53,017 nt of DNA, taken from the NCBI GenBank assembly GCA_008369845.1, contig MRSU01001383.1, forward strand, positions 1 through 53,017. The letters run 5' to 3'. Origin of the DNA: Trichomonas gallinae (Eukaryota). Both the position numbers and the translations under genes were made by a program. Under the pieces are notes generated by a model that saw nothing but the letters and a program-made list of their open reading frames with translations, did no database searches and had not been told where the DNA came from. Below, one piece after another: positions 1 through 9,458 of this stretch. The first letter of the stretch is position 1. Every line of letters starts with the position of its first letter.

Positions 1-231
1 TTCATCAAACACATTATCGAATTAAACGAAGAAGGCCAAGTTTTATTATCTGCACTTAATTTTACTCAGTTAGAAGACAAGGATATGGAAGAATTTTCAA
101 AGATTGTCCAATTCGATTCATCTAAGACACTCCTTTGGAATTCATTTAGATCCAGACTTTTACTTGAATGCAAACAAACGCAACAGAAAACGAGATATAA
201 CAAGAAGATAGCTAAATGCTTGTTATTTTAA
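1..231 (+). CDS. 3' end of a gene running into the window; BACK-like helical region of the trichomonad BTB/F5-8C-type family (partial)
   Basis: Frame 1 is open from base 1 to TAA at 229-231 (FIKHIIELNEEGQVLLSALNFTQLEDKDMEEFSKIVQFDSSKTLLWNSFRSRLLL...). It aligns by eye with LFGYCYFEKLSKKTMKEFVDVVSYDSIHAFIWNSLKSRLV of the gene at 25378. Confidence 0.75.
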   Translation, partial: FIKHIIELNEEGQVLLSALNFTQLEDKDMEEFSKIVQFDSSKTLLWNSFRSRLLLECKQTQQKTRYNKKIAKCLLF

Positions 232-794
232 CATGTTTTCTTTTATAAATAGCTTGTATAGATGTTAATTAATTGTAGATTAATCTTTAACATATGAAAT
301 ATTGCTTTAATGATTAGCCATATTTTTCAACCGCGATATATATGGAAATTTTTCTTCTCATTGTTTATAATTCGAATACAAATCTATTATCTATAACAGC
401 TCACTATGAAACAATAAGAAATTGAATTTTCGAAATTTTATTTTCCAATATCATCGATTCAAAGCATTGATCAGCCATAGCTCTGCCACGTGTCGATCAT
501 CCCCGATAACATTATATAATCCGATAGATTTTGTTCGCGATTCAAAAAATGCCACGAGAATTTAAAACTATTTCATATATGTTTCTATGCTTTTTGCGCT
601 GTGTGTATTAATTATATTGATTTGTCTCCATTTGATGCGTAATCACAATGATAATTTTATACAATCGATTGAAAATAGGCTAGATATTTATAGATCTCAT
701 CATAGTCTATTGAATTTTTAAACAAAAACAATGATATGACATTTATATTTTTTTGTTGGTATCCTTATTCTCAATAAAGGCCCTTGATATTTTA

Positions 795-1305
795 GATATG
801 ATGTAAATAGAGAAATATAAAATGTTTTATAGATGAGTAAAGGCTAAAATATGATTATTTTTTTTAAAAAATTATATTGACGGAAAATGAAGCGAAATTA
901 AAGAAATATCCATTTAACTATGAAGTCAAGAAATATAAGATGATTTTTAAGTGAGTGAAAGGTTAAATATATGATTATTTTTTTTTAAAAGTATATTTTG
1001 CTGAAAAATGATGCTATATCAAAGAAATACCAATCTAAGTACAATGTAGGGAAATATAAGATGACTTATGAGTGAGTGAAGGCTTGAATATGATTATTTT
1101 TTTGAGATGAAATTCATTTATTGATGAAAAATAATGTAATATCAAGGAAATATCCATAAAAATATGAAGTAGATAAATGTAAGATGATTTGTAAATGAGT
1201 GAAGACTTAAATGTGATTATTTTAGAATAGAAATTTATTTTTTGATGAAAAATGATGCGATATCGAAGAAATAGCCATATATTATATATAAGTAGTCGAA
1301 ATAAA
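795..1305. repeat. Degenerate tandem repeat, unit about 120 bp, about 4 copies
   Basis: The anchor GAGT(G/A)AA..G.(C/T)T..AT(A/G)TGATTATTTT recurs at about 835, 953, 1074 and 1197 (periods 118, 121, 123). Each is followed by similar TTGA.G.AAAATGA and AAGAAATA.C blocks. Confidence 0.85.
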
Positions 1306-1382
1306 GGCGTGATAAAGAGAAAAAAGAGAGATTAGTTGTGATAACGAATAAAAAAAAAGTTCGTTATTTTAGAGAAAAAAGG

Positions 1383-2228
1383 ATGAATCCGGACAACGAA
1401 GTTAAAATCTTCAACAATGACCAGTTGCATAACTTGTTGATCGGCAAACAACCAAGGATCGGGCATGGAATCAGCGAAAAAAGAAGTCAGTCACAGCTAA
1501 ATCGCGATTTTACTGATTTTTCGAAATTCAAATTCCCAGAACCAATCGAGCCAATTAAAAATAAACCAGTCCAAGAGGAAGAAAAAGGTGATCGCACAAG
1601 TACTCAGCCTGCAACAACAAGCCAATTCAATAAATTACGTCAAGAAGAAAAATTAATAGGACACGTTGATCAATATTTAAGCGTTTACGAGTCAAATCAT
1701 AAGAGAAAGACTCTTATGATGCACCAGGAATTTGAAGAGCATTATCTTCAGCCTGTATCGAGAAAATTAATGAAAAAGGTTAACGGACCAGAATATGATA
1801 AATATGTTCGGGCCAGATCACAAGCTATCAAGACATTCGAAACGCAGATTAATCAGAATGACTCTTTGCAAAGAGCTTTACCATCAATTCCAACAATCAG
1901 CTTCGATACAAGCGATATCGTTGATCCCGTAATGAAATACCGGAAGCACGCTCAAAAGGAACAGACATTAACCAAAATCATCGCAATGCAAAATGGTGAA
2001 TACAAGCCACCAGAGCCAATACAGGAAAGGGACACAATGAACTTGAAGAAATGGAAGATTCTTGCTCAAACAAGGTTCTATGAGGGCACAGGATCAACGC
2101 CAAAAGGAAAGAAAGTTTTTTCACAGAAATTCTTAGATAATATAAAGGAAGATGACTTTGCTCCACCACTCCCGGTCATACCTGGCAAGAAGAAAGGATA
2201 TGTTCCAAAGGATAATGGAATATTTTAA
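1383..2228 (+). CDS. Hypothetical protein, possibly FAM228-like
   Basis: ORF with likely ATG at 1383 (the track start at 1338 is GTG). The segments VDQYLSVYESNHKRKTLMMHQEFEEHYLQPV, DIVDPV and RDTMNLKKW recall the FAM228 family. The family call is tentative. Confidence 0.7.
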   Translation: MNPDNEVKIFNNDQLHNLLIGKQPRIGHGISEKRSQSQLNRDFTDFSKFKFPEPIEPIKNKPVQEEEKGDRTSTQPATTSQFNKLRQEEKLIGHVDQYLSVYESNHKRKTLMMHQEFEEHYLQPVSRKLMKKVNGPEYDKYVRARSQAIKTFETQINQNDSLQRALPSIPTISFDTSDIVDPVMKYRKHAQKEQTLTKIIAMQNGEYKPPEPIQERDTMNLKKWKILAQTRFYEGTGSTPKGKKVFSQKFLDNIKEDDFAPPLPVIPGKKKGYVPKDNGIF

Positions 2229-2600
2229 TTTGTTTTTCATTATTAGTTTGTTTTATATGTTGTAAATTAATTCATTCTGTTTAAAATCGTCGCTCTATGA
2301 AAAATCTATAATAACTATAGACATAGCTAAAATATTTTGATATGGAACCTCAAATTAAATTGAAATTAACAACTCTAAACTATTGGATATACCTAATAAC
2401 AAAGATTTATTTATGGGTTTCTAATCAATAATTATTGTTTCATATGAAAAATTAAATTTCAAATTTGATATTTAATGAAAAAGTAATTATAGCATGTCAA
2501 ACAATCTTTATTCAAATGATGGATGATAGCAATAAGTGAGTCGATAGTTATTTGCTCTAACAATAGAAAATTTAAAACAATGGGAGTTTTCGCAAATAAA

Positions 2601-3395
2601 TTATTTGTAAGTTAAGTTAATACAAAGAACAGAAACATTGTCCAAAGTATTTCTGCTAATCGCAGTGTCTTTGATCTTTCTTGCTGATTCAGCCATATTA
2701 GTTGATCCTTTAACAAATCTTGCTGCCTCCTCGTCTGTCATAACATCCCACACACCGTCGCATGCGATAATAAGTTGCATTCCATCTTTGCGCTTTAATC
2801 GATTTAAGGTTGGCTCGCGAATCAAATATTCATTCAATGCACCATCACCGATCGCGCGTGTCAATGCAAGCATGCCGCAGACACGGCCTCCAAATACAGC
2901 AGCGCCTAATTTGACAACTTTTTGGACTTCATCAGGGTCAGTAGCTTTATGATCATACGAAAGCCTTGTAACTTGGTCACCATTGCATAGAACAATGCGA
3001 GTATCGCCGAGATTTGCTGTGTAAATTATATCTTTGATGATCATAACAATAGCTAATGTGCATCCTTGATCGGGCCATCTTTTTATGGCAATATTATTGA
3101 TTTCTAGAATGCTTTCTTTGATTACAGTCTCAACGTTTGCAGTGATGTGAAATTTTGAAGCGAATACGCGATGAAAATTGTTTGCACAATATAAGGCAAC
3201 GTCAACACCACCGTGGCCATCGAATAATCCGTAGTATGATGTACCAGGACCAGCAAAATCTCCGACAACAACTGCTGTATCTTCCATAGTTGGTCTCACG
3301 CCCATTGTATTTGCATGGCCGCATGAGAAGGACTGTCTGCCGAGTACTATGAAGTTGGGATCTTTTGGAGGAGCACCAAGTGTTTTAGATAGCAT
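2601..3395 (-). CDS. Protein phosphatase 2C (PPM family)
   Basis: Canonical PP2C motifs: RPTMED, GLFDGHGG, ANLGDTR, DHK, LALTRAIGD, IIACDGVWDV, DNVSV. Confidence 0.97.
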   Translation of the reverse strand: MLSKTLGAPPKDPNFIVLGRQSFSCGHANTMGVRPTMEDTAVVVGDFAGPGTSYYGLFDGHGGVDVALYCANNFHRVFASKFHITANVETVIKESILEINNIAIKRWPDQGCTLAIVMIIKDIIYTANLGDTRIVLCNGDQVTRLSYDHKATDPDEVQKVVKLGAAVFGGRVCGMLALTRAIGDGALNEYLIREPTLNRLKRKDGMQLIIACDGVWDVMTDEEAARFVKGSTNMAESARKIKDTAISRNTLDNVSVLCINLTYK

Positions 3396-3419
3396 TTTTT
3401 TTTATAATAAATACCAAAA

Positions 3420-3880
3420 ACTGACAAAAAAAATCATCTCCTAAAAGTGACAAAATATTTCAATAAAAGTGGCAATGTAAACTCCGAAAACTGACATTTT
3501 TTACATTGTCAGATTTTTTGACATGTTATAAATCAATATCTAGTTAGACAATATATATTCATATTGCACTATATAATTTCACTTATTAATATCTATTATA
3601 TTAACCAAATATATATAATAAAAATGCAATTTTCGACATATTCGAGATTGAATTTCTGATACAAAATTAGTTACTTTTATTTGCAAAACGTAACTTTAAT
3701 ATAAAACATATATTGCAGAGGATTATAATAGTCACGAGATAGTAACTTTGTCCAATAAAGAGTTATTATTTTTCTAAAATTGAATACTGTGACAAAATAT
3801 CAAAAGTGACAATTCTATTTCAATAAAAATGACACGTAAAGTCTGAAAGTTGACATTTTGTAAAATCTCAAAAGTGACAA
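3420..3880. promoter_or_regulatory. Divergent promoter (PP2C / RENi-like) with AAAGTGAC (M2-like) motifs and TGACA clusters at both ends
   Basis: AAAGTGAC at about 3444, 3803 and 3871, plus many TGACA/TGGCA sites. The blocks 3441-3500 and 3801-3860 are similar to each other. Confidence 0.6.
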
Positions 3881-3898
3881 TATTAGATAGTAAAAAAT

Positions 3899-4861
3899 AT
3901 GTCTGAAGATGGTAATGGTGGAGATAATGGTAAGGATGATCTTTCATTCTGGATGAGTTCTGATGACCAAGCTATTGAAGTTTCATCCGACGAAGATGAA
4001 AAACCAAAAGAACCAGAAGCTCCGATGGCGACTAGAAGCCGCGCCACACCACAAGCCACACCTAAAAAGATTGTTGATGATCTACCTGAAATAGAAATCG
4101 TACAAATAGAGGATGATGACGATGTACCGTATCAAGATGATGTTATTCAAACAAGGAGAGGTCGAAGAATATCGAAAGCACAACAAAGAATGAATTACAA
4201 CGATGATTATGATCTCGATATACATCCTCCAAAGAAGAAAGCCGTTGAAGAAGATTTCGTTGATCCAAACAAATTAGTATTAAACAGCGCAATTAACAGC
4301 ACATCACAGATGATTGCTGATATTATCGAACTTGCTAACGATGACTCAGATATACCACCCGAACCACAACATAAACAAGATTCTGTTGATGAAGTCGTGA
4401 TTATGGAGCCATCAGATCCATCAAAGAAGGTGGTTCAGATTATTAGTCAAGAAAATGGAAACAAGTGGATTAAAGAATGGGATCAAAAAGAAACATTCGA
4501 ACAATTGCTATATAAGATATCATCAGACCTTAGAAATTCGCAAATTATATTCTCTGGAATTGAATGGAAGATAAATGAAGTTACTTGGGATATTGTTAGC
4601 AATGGAGAAGAAATTTATCTTTCTCAAGCAATGCCTGATGCCCCAGAAACACAGAATACAGATGAAAGGAAGCTTTCATTCCTGTTACCAGATGGAACCA
4701 AGAAGAAATTGAAAGTTCCAATGAATAAAACTTGGGGATATGTTCTCAAGCAGATCGGCACAGGATCCAAACTTATGTTTGATGGCGAAAAGCTTAACCT
4801 CAACGAGAAAATCGGTAATAATCATGATATCGAAGATGAAGATCAAATTGACGTTCTATAA
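3899..4861 (+). CDS. RENi-family-like (Rad60/Esc2/NIP45) protein: acidic SIM-rich N-terminus and tandem SUMO-like domains
   Basis: The C-terminus KLMFDGEKLNLNEKIGNNHDIEDEDQIDVL is SUMO-like and lacks the di-Gly. A second Ubl-like segment precedes it. SIM-like motifs include IEVSSDEDE, IEIVQIEDDDD and IIELANDDSD. Confidence 0.75.
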   Translation: MSEDGNGGDNGKDDLSFWMSSDDQAIEVSSDEDEKPKEPEAPMATRSRATPQATPKKIVDDLPEIEIVQIEDDDDVPYQDDVIQTRRGRRISKAQQRMNYNDDYDLDIHPPKKKAVEEDFVDPNKLVLNSAINSTSQMIADIIELANDDSDIPPEPQHKQDSVDEVVIMEPSDPSKKVVQIISQENGNKWIKEWDQKETFEQLLYKISSDLRNSQIIFSGIEWKINEVTWDIVSNGEEIYLSQAMPDAPETQNTDERKLSFLLPDGTKKKLKVPMNKTWGYVLKQIGTGSKLMFDGEKLNLNEKIGNNHDIEDEDQIDVL

Positions 4862-5586
4862 TTTCATTATTCACCATACAGCTTGATAAAATTTTAGTTT
4901 TGTTTGTGAATTCGACAACATATGAAATATATTTCATATTGATTTTGAGCCAAAAATGCGAAATTCGATGACATATCACTAGAAAAGATCCTATATATAA
5001 TAGAAATATGATTTTTAATGACTAACCAACAAAAAACGAAATTTCGAAATTTTACGGGCGTGAATGCATTATCAAAATGATTATTTATCAAAAAATCACC
5101 AGGTGAATAATTGAAGTCTACTAGCGTAGGTGATTAGAACTGAACTAACGTAGTAGGCAAATATGATAGTATACTATACTACTCAATAGCCTGTGTGAAA
5201 CTAAATCTTATTTATATGATTTTCTTATAGAACATTCGACATTTATAAACTTATCATTTTTTATCACTCAAACTCTATGAATCTCTTATTACATTTTGAG
5301 ATTTTCTAGTATGTGACTATTATGGTCATACTGTATCTAAAACTTTAATTTGGAAGGATTCTGCTGGGAAATTAGATATCCACATCTTTTCAAAAACGAT
5401 TAATTATTGAAGGGAAATCGATAAATTTTATGGGCGTGGCTGTTTTATCAAAATATTTTGAAGGGAAAACGATTATTGTTAAAGTAAATAAGGTTTATTT
5501 TTCTGCCATGTAAAATGTAAGGAAACTTTACATGAAAAACGGAATTCGGTTAGACGATATTAGAAAGATATTTTTTTGTTTCTAAG

Positions 5587-6819
5587 ATGAGTTATTCGAC
5601 AAGAGACGACAACGAGAGACAAAACAATCTTAAAATCATCCACGCAATCTATCTTCACACGATTGGCAAGCAAATCATGGAAGAAGCAGAAATTGAAGAA
5701 GGAAAATTCAGAAAACCTTTCGATACACCAGCATTTCGCATCGCAAGCGAGTATGTTGCTCACTACCTTTACGACAAAATCATGACCAACACCCTTAAAA
5801 CAACAGAAAAAGAAACAGATAATTATGTTAGAATGCGCCACGACGAACAGTGGCTTGAGCGTAAACTTCGCGTTGACCCAGGTGAATCTCTGATCGAGGC
5901 CCTCCTTCAAACAGTTCCAGAGGACACACAGAGTTCAAGAACATTCGAATCAACATCTAGCCGCAAGATCAAGCCAAAGTCACGTGGACTTGATGCTTCT
6001 TTGACTGGCAGTGATGCTCCACGCCCGCTCCGTCCAAAGAAGGAAACACAAACCGCTACATCAACAGATCAGCCAGTTGACTTCATAGAAAGCCAAGACT
6101 TCTCACAGTTCACGAACGTTCTCACGACAACAGCTGGTGGAAACTACGATAATGATACGACTATGTCAGCCGTTTCTGGAATGACATTCACAGAACTCGA
6201 CGCATCATCAACAGACGAATTTGACGACCAGTACGATCCACGTGGTGTCAACGCTAAGCCAAAGCCACTGCCAAAACTTACCAAGCGTGAAATTCAAGAA
6301 TCAAAATTCAAACAAGCTGATTTCGAAACAACAGTTACACAGACAGTTATAGATACAATCGGCTGCACGGCTGACTACAACGAACACAAGAAGATCCGCC
6401 GTGAACTCAAAGATGCCGGAATTATCGATCCAAACGCAACAACAATGACAACATACCACGATACATTGAATACAGAAGATAGCTTCCTCAAGCCACATCC
6501 TCGCTATATCCCGGAGACAGTAGATCCAACATGGATGGAGTTAGAAGCTCCACCAACAACACAAGTGAATGTCGGCCAGTGCCCGTTCGCTAAGGACTTC
6601 CAGGACATCGTCGCCCGCAAGAAGAAGATGGTCTCAATGGGCATGCAGACTTCTAAGCAGTATAACGACAAGGGAGGCGATGTTAATTCTGGAATTGGAA
6701 TCGCACCAGCTCCACCGCTTCCTACGAACATTCTCGACGCAGCAGCCGCACCACAGGATGTCCGCCAGCAGGTTGCACACGAAATGCTCGGCAAAGTTTC
6801 GGATGAACTTGAACCATAA
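5587..6819 (+). CDS. Hypothetical protein with possible N-terminal LisH-like motif and Thr/Ser/Asp-rich tail
   Basis: 410-aa ORF with ATG start and biased codon usage. ASEYVAHYLYDKIMTNTLKTTEKE resembles LisH (weak). Confidence 0.8.
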   Translation: MSYSTRDDNERQNNLKIIHAIYLHTIGKQIMEEAEIEEGKFRKPFDTPAFRIASEYVAHYLYDKIMTNTLKTTEKETDNYVRMRHDEQWLERKLRVDPGESLIEALLQTVPEDTQSSRTFESTSSRKIKPKSRGLDASLTGSDAPRPLRPKKETQTATSTDQPVDFIESQDFSQFTNVLTTTAGGNYDNDTTMSAVSGMTFTELDASSTDEFDDQYDPRGVNAKPKPLPKLTKREIQESKFKQADFETTVTQTVIDTIGCTADYNEHKKIRRELKDAGIIDPNATTMTTYHDTLNTEDSFLKPHPRYIPETVDPTWMELEAPPTTQVNVGQCPFAKDFQDIVARKKKMVSMGMQTSKQYNDKGGDVNSGIGIAPAPPLPTNILDAAAAPQDVRQQVAHEMLGKVSDELEP

Positions 6820-6874
6820 TAAAATATATTTGATGAGGTTATTATTTATAAAAAATACAAACAAATTATTTATT

Positions 6875-8005
6875 TCAGTCCATGGATACATCGCTTCTGA
6901 GAATAGAAAGTGAGTCTTCTTCAGTAAAAATTCCGACATCGACACTTTCCACTTCTTCTTTAGGTGGATATGCGAGTCTACTGAATTTTATCACACAGTC
7001 ATATACTAAAAAGCCGAAAACTTCGACAAGTGCGGCGCAAAAAACAATTATTGAATATGCGCCAAATTTCATTCCCGTTGTTTTGTCAAATAGATATACT
7101 AGTGCTAATAATATCAACAATAAAATGCTTTTCACGCTGCCTATTATCGATTTCGTTCTATCAAATGCTCTTTCTATAACAAAAACCGATAAAATATGAT
7201 ATGTCATTACTAATAGAATATAGAATACTATGCAGCACATGATTGTGTTTGAGTTTTTGATCATTCCGAATGTTTCGAAAATGTCTTCATTTAACTTCAT
7301 GAATCCGGATGTTTTGACGAAATGAAATAGAGGTACTATAAATGTAATGCATATTATTATAGATGACAAGCCTTGAAGACCGATGATCATTTCAACAGGA
7401 TCATTTCGATCTGTAAGAAACTTGCATTCGATTAATATTTGCGTGGCTTGAAAGAACTGAGAAAGCATTACGAAAAGAATTGATCTTGCTTTAATATATC
7501 GTTGAGAATTATTAAATAATGAGTAAGCTATCATAATGATGCTTGTTGCAACGAAAATCAATACTAATCCTATAATTTGGTATAAAAATACCTTTGGTCT
7601 GTAAAATATATAAGATAATATATAATCGAATATATAAAAAACTCCTCGAAGCAAATGCCAATCACCAAGTGGCATATCTGTAAGACTTATCATGCTAACG
7701 GTTGTTGAAAGTACTTCAAAAAAAGCTATGCAAGAAATTCGTAATACAAGTCCCCAAAACGCTTGATGAGTTGATGTTGTATGTGGTAAATTTTGCTTGA
7801 AACATAATGATCTTATCATATAAAATATCGAAACTAAACTAGTACCAATATATTGCGTACATGAAATAAAAATTGGTCTTTGAAAGCGAGTATTTGATGA
7901 ATTTTCGTAATAACTGGTTGTATTGAGCATAAATTTAGGAACAAATGCACATAACAAACCAATTATCACAAAACATGAATATAAAATAATGTTTCCAAAA
8001 TTCAT
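6875..8005 (-). CDS. DMT-superfamily multipass transporter, SLC35F6-like / nucleotide-sugar-transporter-like
   Basis: About 10 hydrophobic segments. FQRPIFISCTQYIG, HLLRG, SQFFQATQILIECKFL and IIGLQG match the SLC35F6-like pattern. Confidence 0.85.
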   Translation of the reverse strand: MNFGNIILYSCFVIIGLLCAFVPKFMLNTTSYYENSSNTRFQRPIFISCTQYIGTSLVSIFYMIRSLCFKQNLPHTTSTHQAFWGLVLRISCIAFFEVLSTTVSMISLTDMPLGDWHLLRGVFYIFDYILSYIFYRPKVFLYQIIGLVLIFVATSIIMIAYSLFNNSQRYIKARSILFVMLSQFFQATQILIECKFLTDRNDPVEMIIGLQGLSSIIICITFIVPLFHFVKTSGFMKLNEDIFETFGMIKNSNTIMCCIVFYILLVMTYHILSVFVIERAFDRTKSIIGSVKSILLLILLALVYLFDKTTGMKFGAYSIIVFCAALVEVFGFLVYDCVIKFSRLAYPPKEEVESVDVGIFTEEDSLSILRSDVSMD

Positions 8006-8389
8006 CTGACACTTTTTTGTAGAATGTCACTTTTCTAAATACTACACTGACACTTTTCACATTTTACATTTTGTAAAATTTACATGGCAATTTTTATTCT
8101 CAAATCTTTTTAGCCACATTTATGATCTACTAACTATTTACACATTCTAATTTTCAACTTAAAATCCAAAAATATTCAATTTTCAAAAATTCATTTAAAA
8201 TTATTTTCGAAATATATCAAGTTTCACACCATCAAAATTCTTTTATCCATGAATATTATGGATAGATTTGTTCAGTTTTGTGTAGCTTTTTTTTGATATA
8301 AAAATTTTGATTTGGAAAAATTCTCTATGGTTATGTATAAATGTATTCTCTATTAATAACATTATAAACATTTAATACTAGTAGTTGAA

Positions 8390-8878
8390 TCATTCCTGCT
8401 GCGGGCGCTGTTCAACAGCATCTAAAATTGCCTTCAAAACATTTTCGAATTCAGAGGAAACGCAGTTTTCTAAAGCTTCTTCTATGTTTCCGCTGCCAGA
8501 TTGCTTCTTAACCTGGCGTGAAGCGGCAGAAATAACTGTTTTGATGGCCTGCGATGTTACATCTTGTGTTAGTAAGCGAGCGAGCGGTAGATTGCGTTGT
8601 TTAGAGTGAAAAGGCTCGGAGTCGATAGAAGAAGAAAGCATAGCGAAATTTGAAATAAGTTTGTGCTCTTCCGGATTGAGTTGTTCTGTTGATGTAAAGG
8701 CTACACTATTTTGAGCGAGAATATTTTCGATGACATTGAGTCTTTCTTCATCCCATCCAGATTTATTTTTGCAATTTGCGCAATGGCATTTTGGTCCACA
8801 GACTCCTCCTCGCTTAAAGCAGGGGCAGTCAAGAGATAAACATCCATTTGTGCAATTGCATCCTTCTTCTGAAGACAT
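8390..8878 (-). CDS. Tesmin/TSO1-like CXC (CRC) domain protein
   Basis: CNCTNGCLSLDCPCFKRGGVCGPKCHCANCKN has the 9-Cys CXC spacing. Confidence 0.9.
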   Translation of the reverse strand: MSSEEGCNCTNGCLSLDCPCFKRGGVCGPKCHCANCKNKSGWDEERLNVIENILAQNSVAFTSTEQLNPEEHKLISNFAMLSSSIDSEPFHSKQRNLPLARLLTQDVTSQAIKTVISAASRQVKKQSGSGNIEEALENCVSSEFENVLKAILDAVEQRPQQE

Positions 8879-9458
8879 TATTTTTTTAATGGGTTCTAAA
8901 AAGGGTCATGAAAAATTATTCAGGGGATAACAGACTTTTTTATAAATTCACAGATTTTTTCCTGAGAATTTTTTGATTTTACAAAGCATTGACTAAATCA
9001 TGAATAACATCATTTTCATGCCATAAAGTGGGCCATTAAAGCTGTTTGATGCTATAAACACATTATAAAACACGATTTTAAAAATTCAAAATGATTATTC
9101 TCAAAACTTCTCTATGTGAATGCAAATTATGTCATTCTGTATGCATATAAGTCCACAGAAGCAAACAACAATTTAATTTTCAAATCAATTTTGAAACGTA
9201 TTTTTTCGATTTTTTCTTCATAACATAGTAATATACCCAAACAATGTCATGATATAACTGGAACGTTGTAAAATTATCGAAAAACATCATATTGGAATAC
9301 GAATATGAAATAAATATTTTCATAGCAATATGAATTAATGTTAGACATAAAAAAATGAAGAGATTTATCGATGAATTGTGTTGATGAAAAAAAAAGCAAA
9401 AGTTGATGATTTTTGAACACAATAAGATATAATATTTTTTAACCGTTATTTTACATGT

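Noticed and set aside
5140..5160. ACTAAC branch-like motif; also TCTAAC at about 2556 and 27868
   Set aside because: No AG at the required spacing and no flanking reading frames to join.
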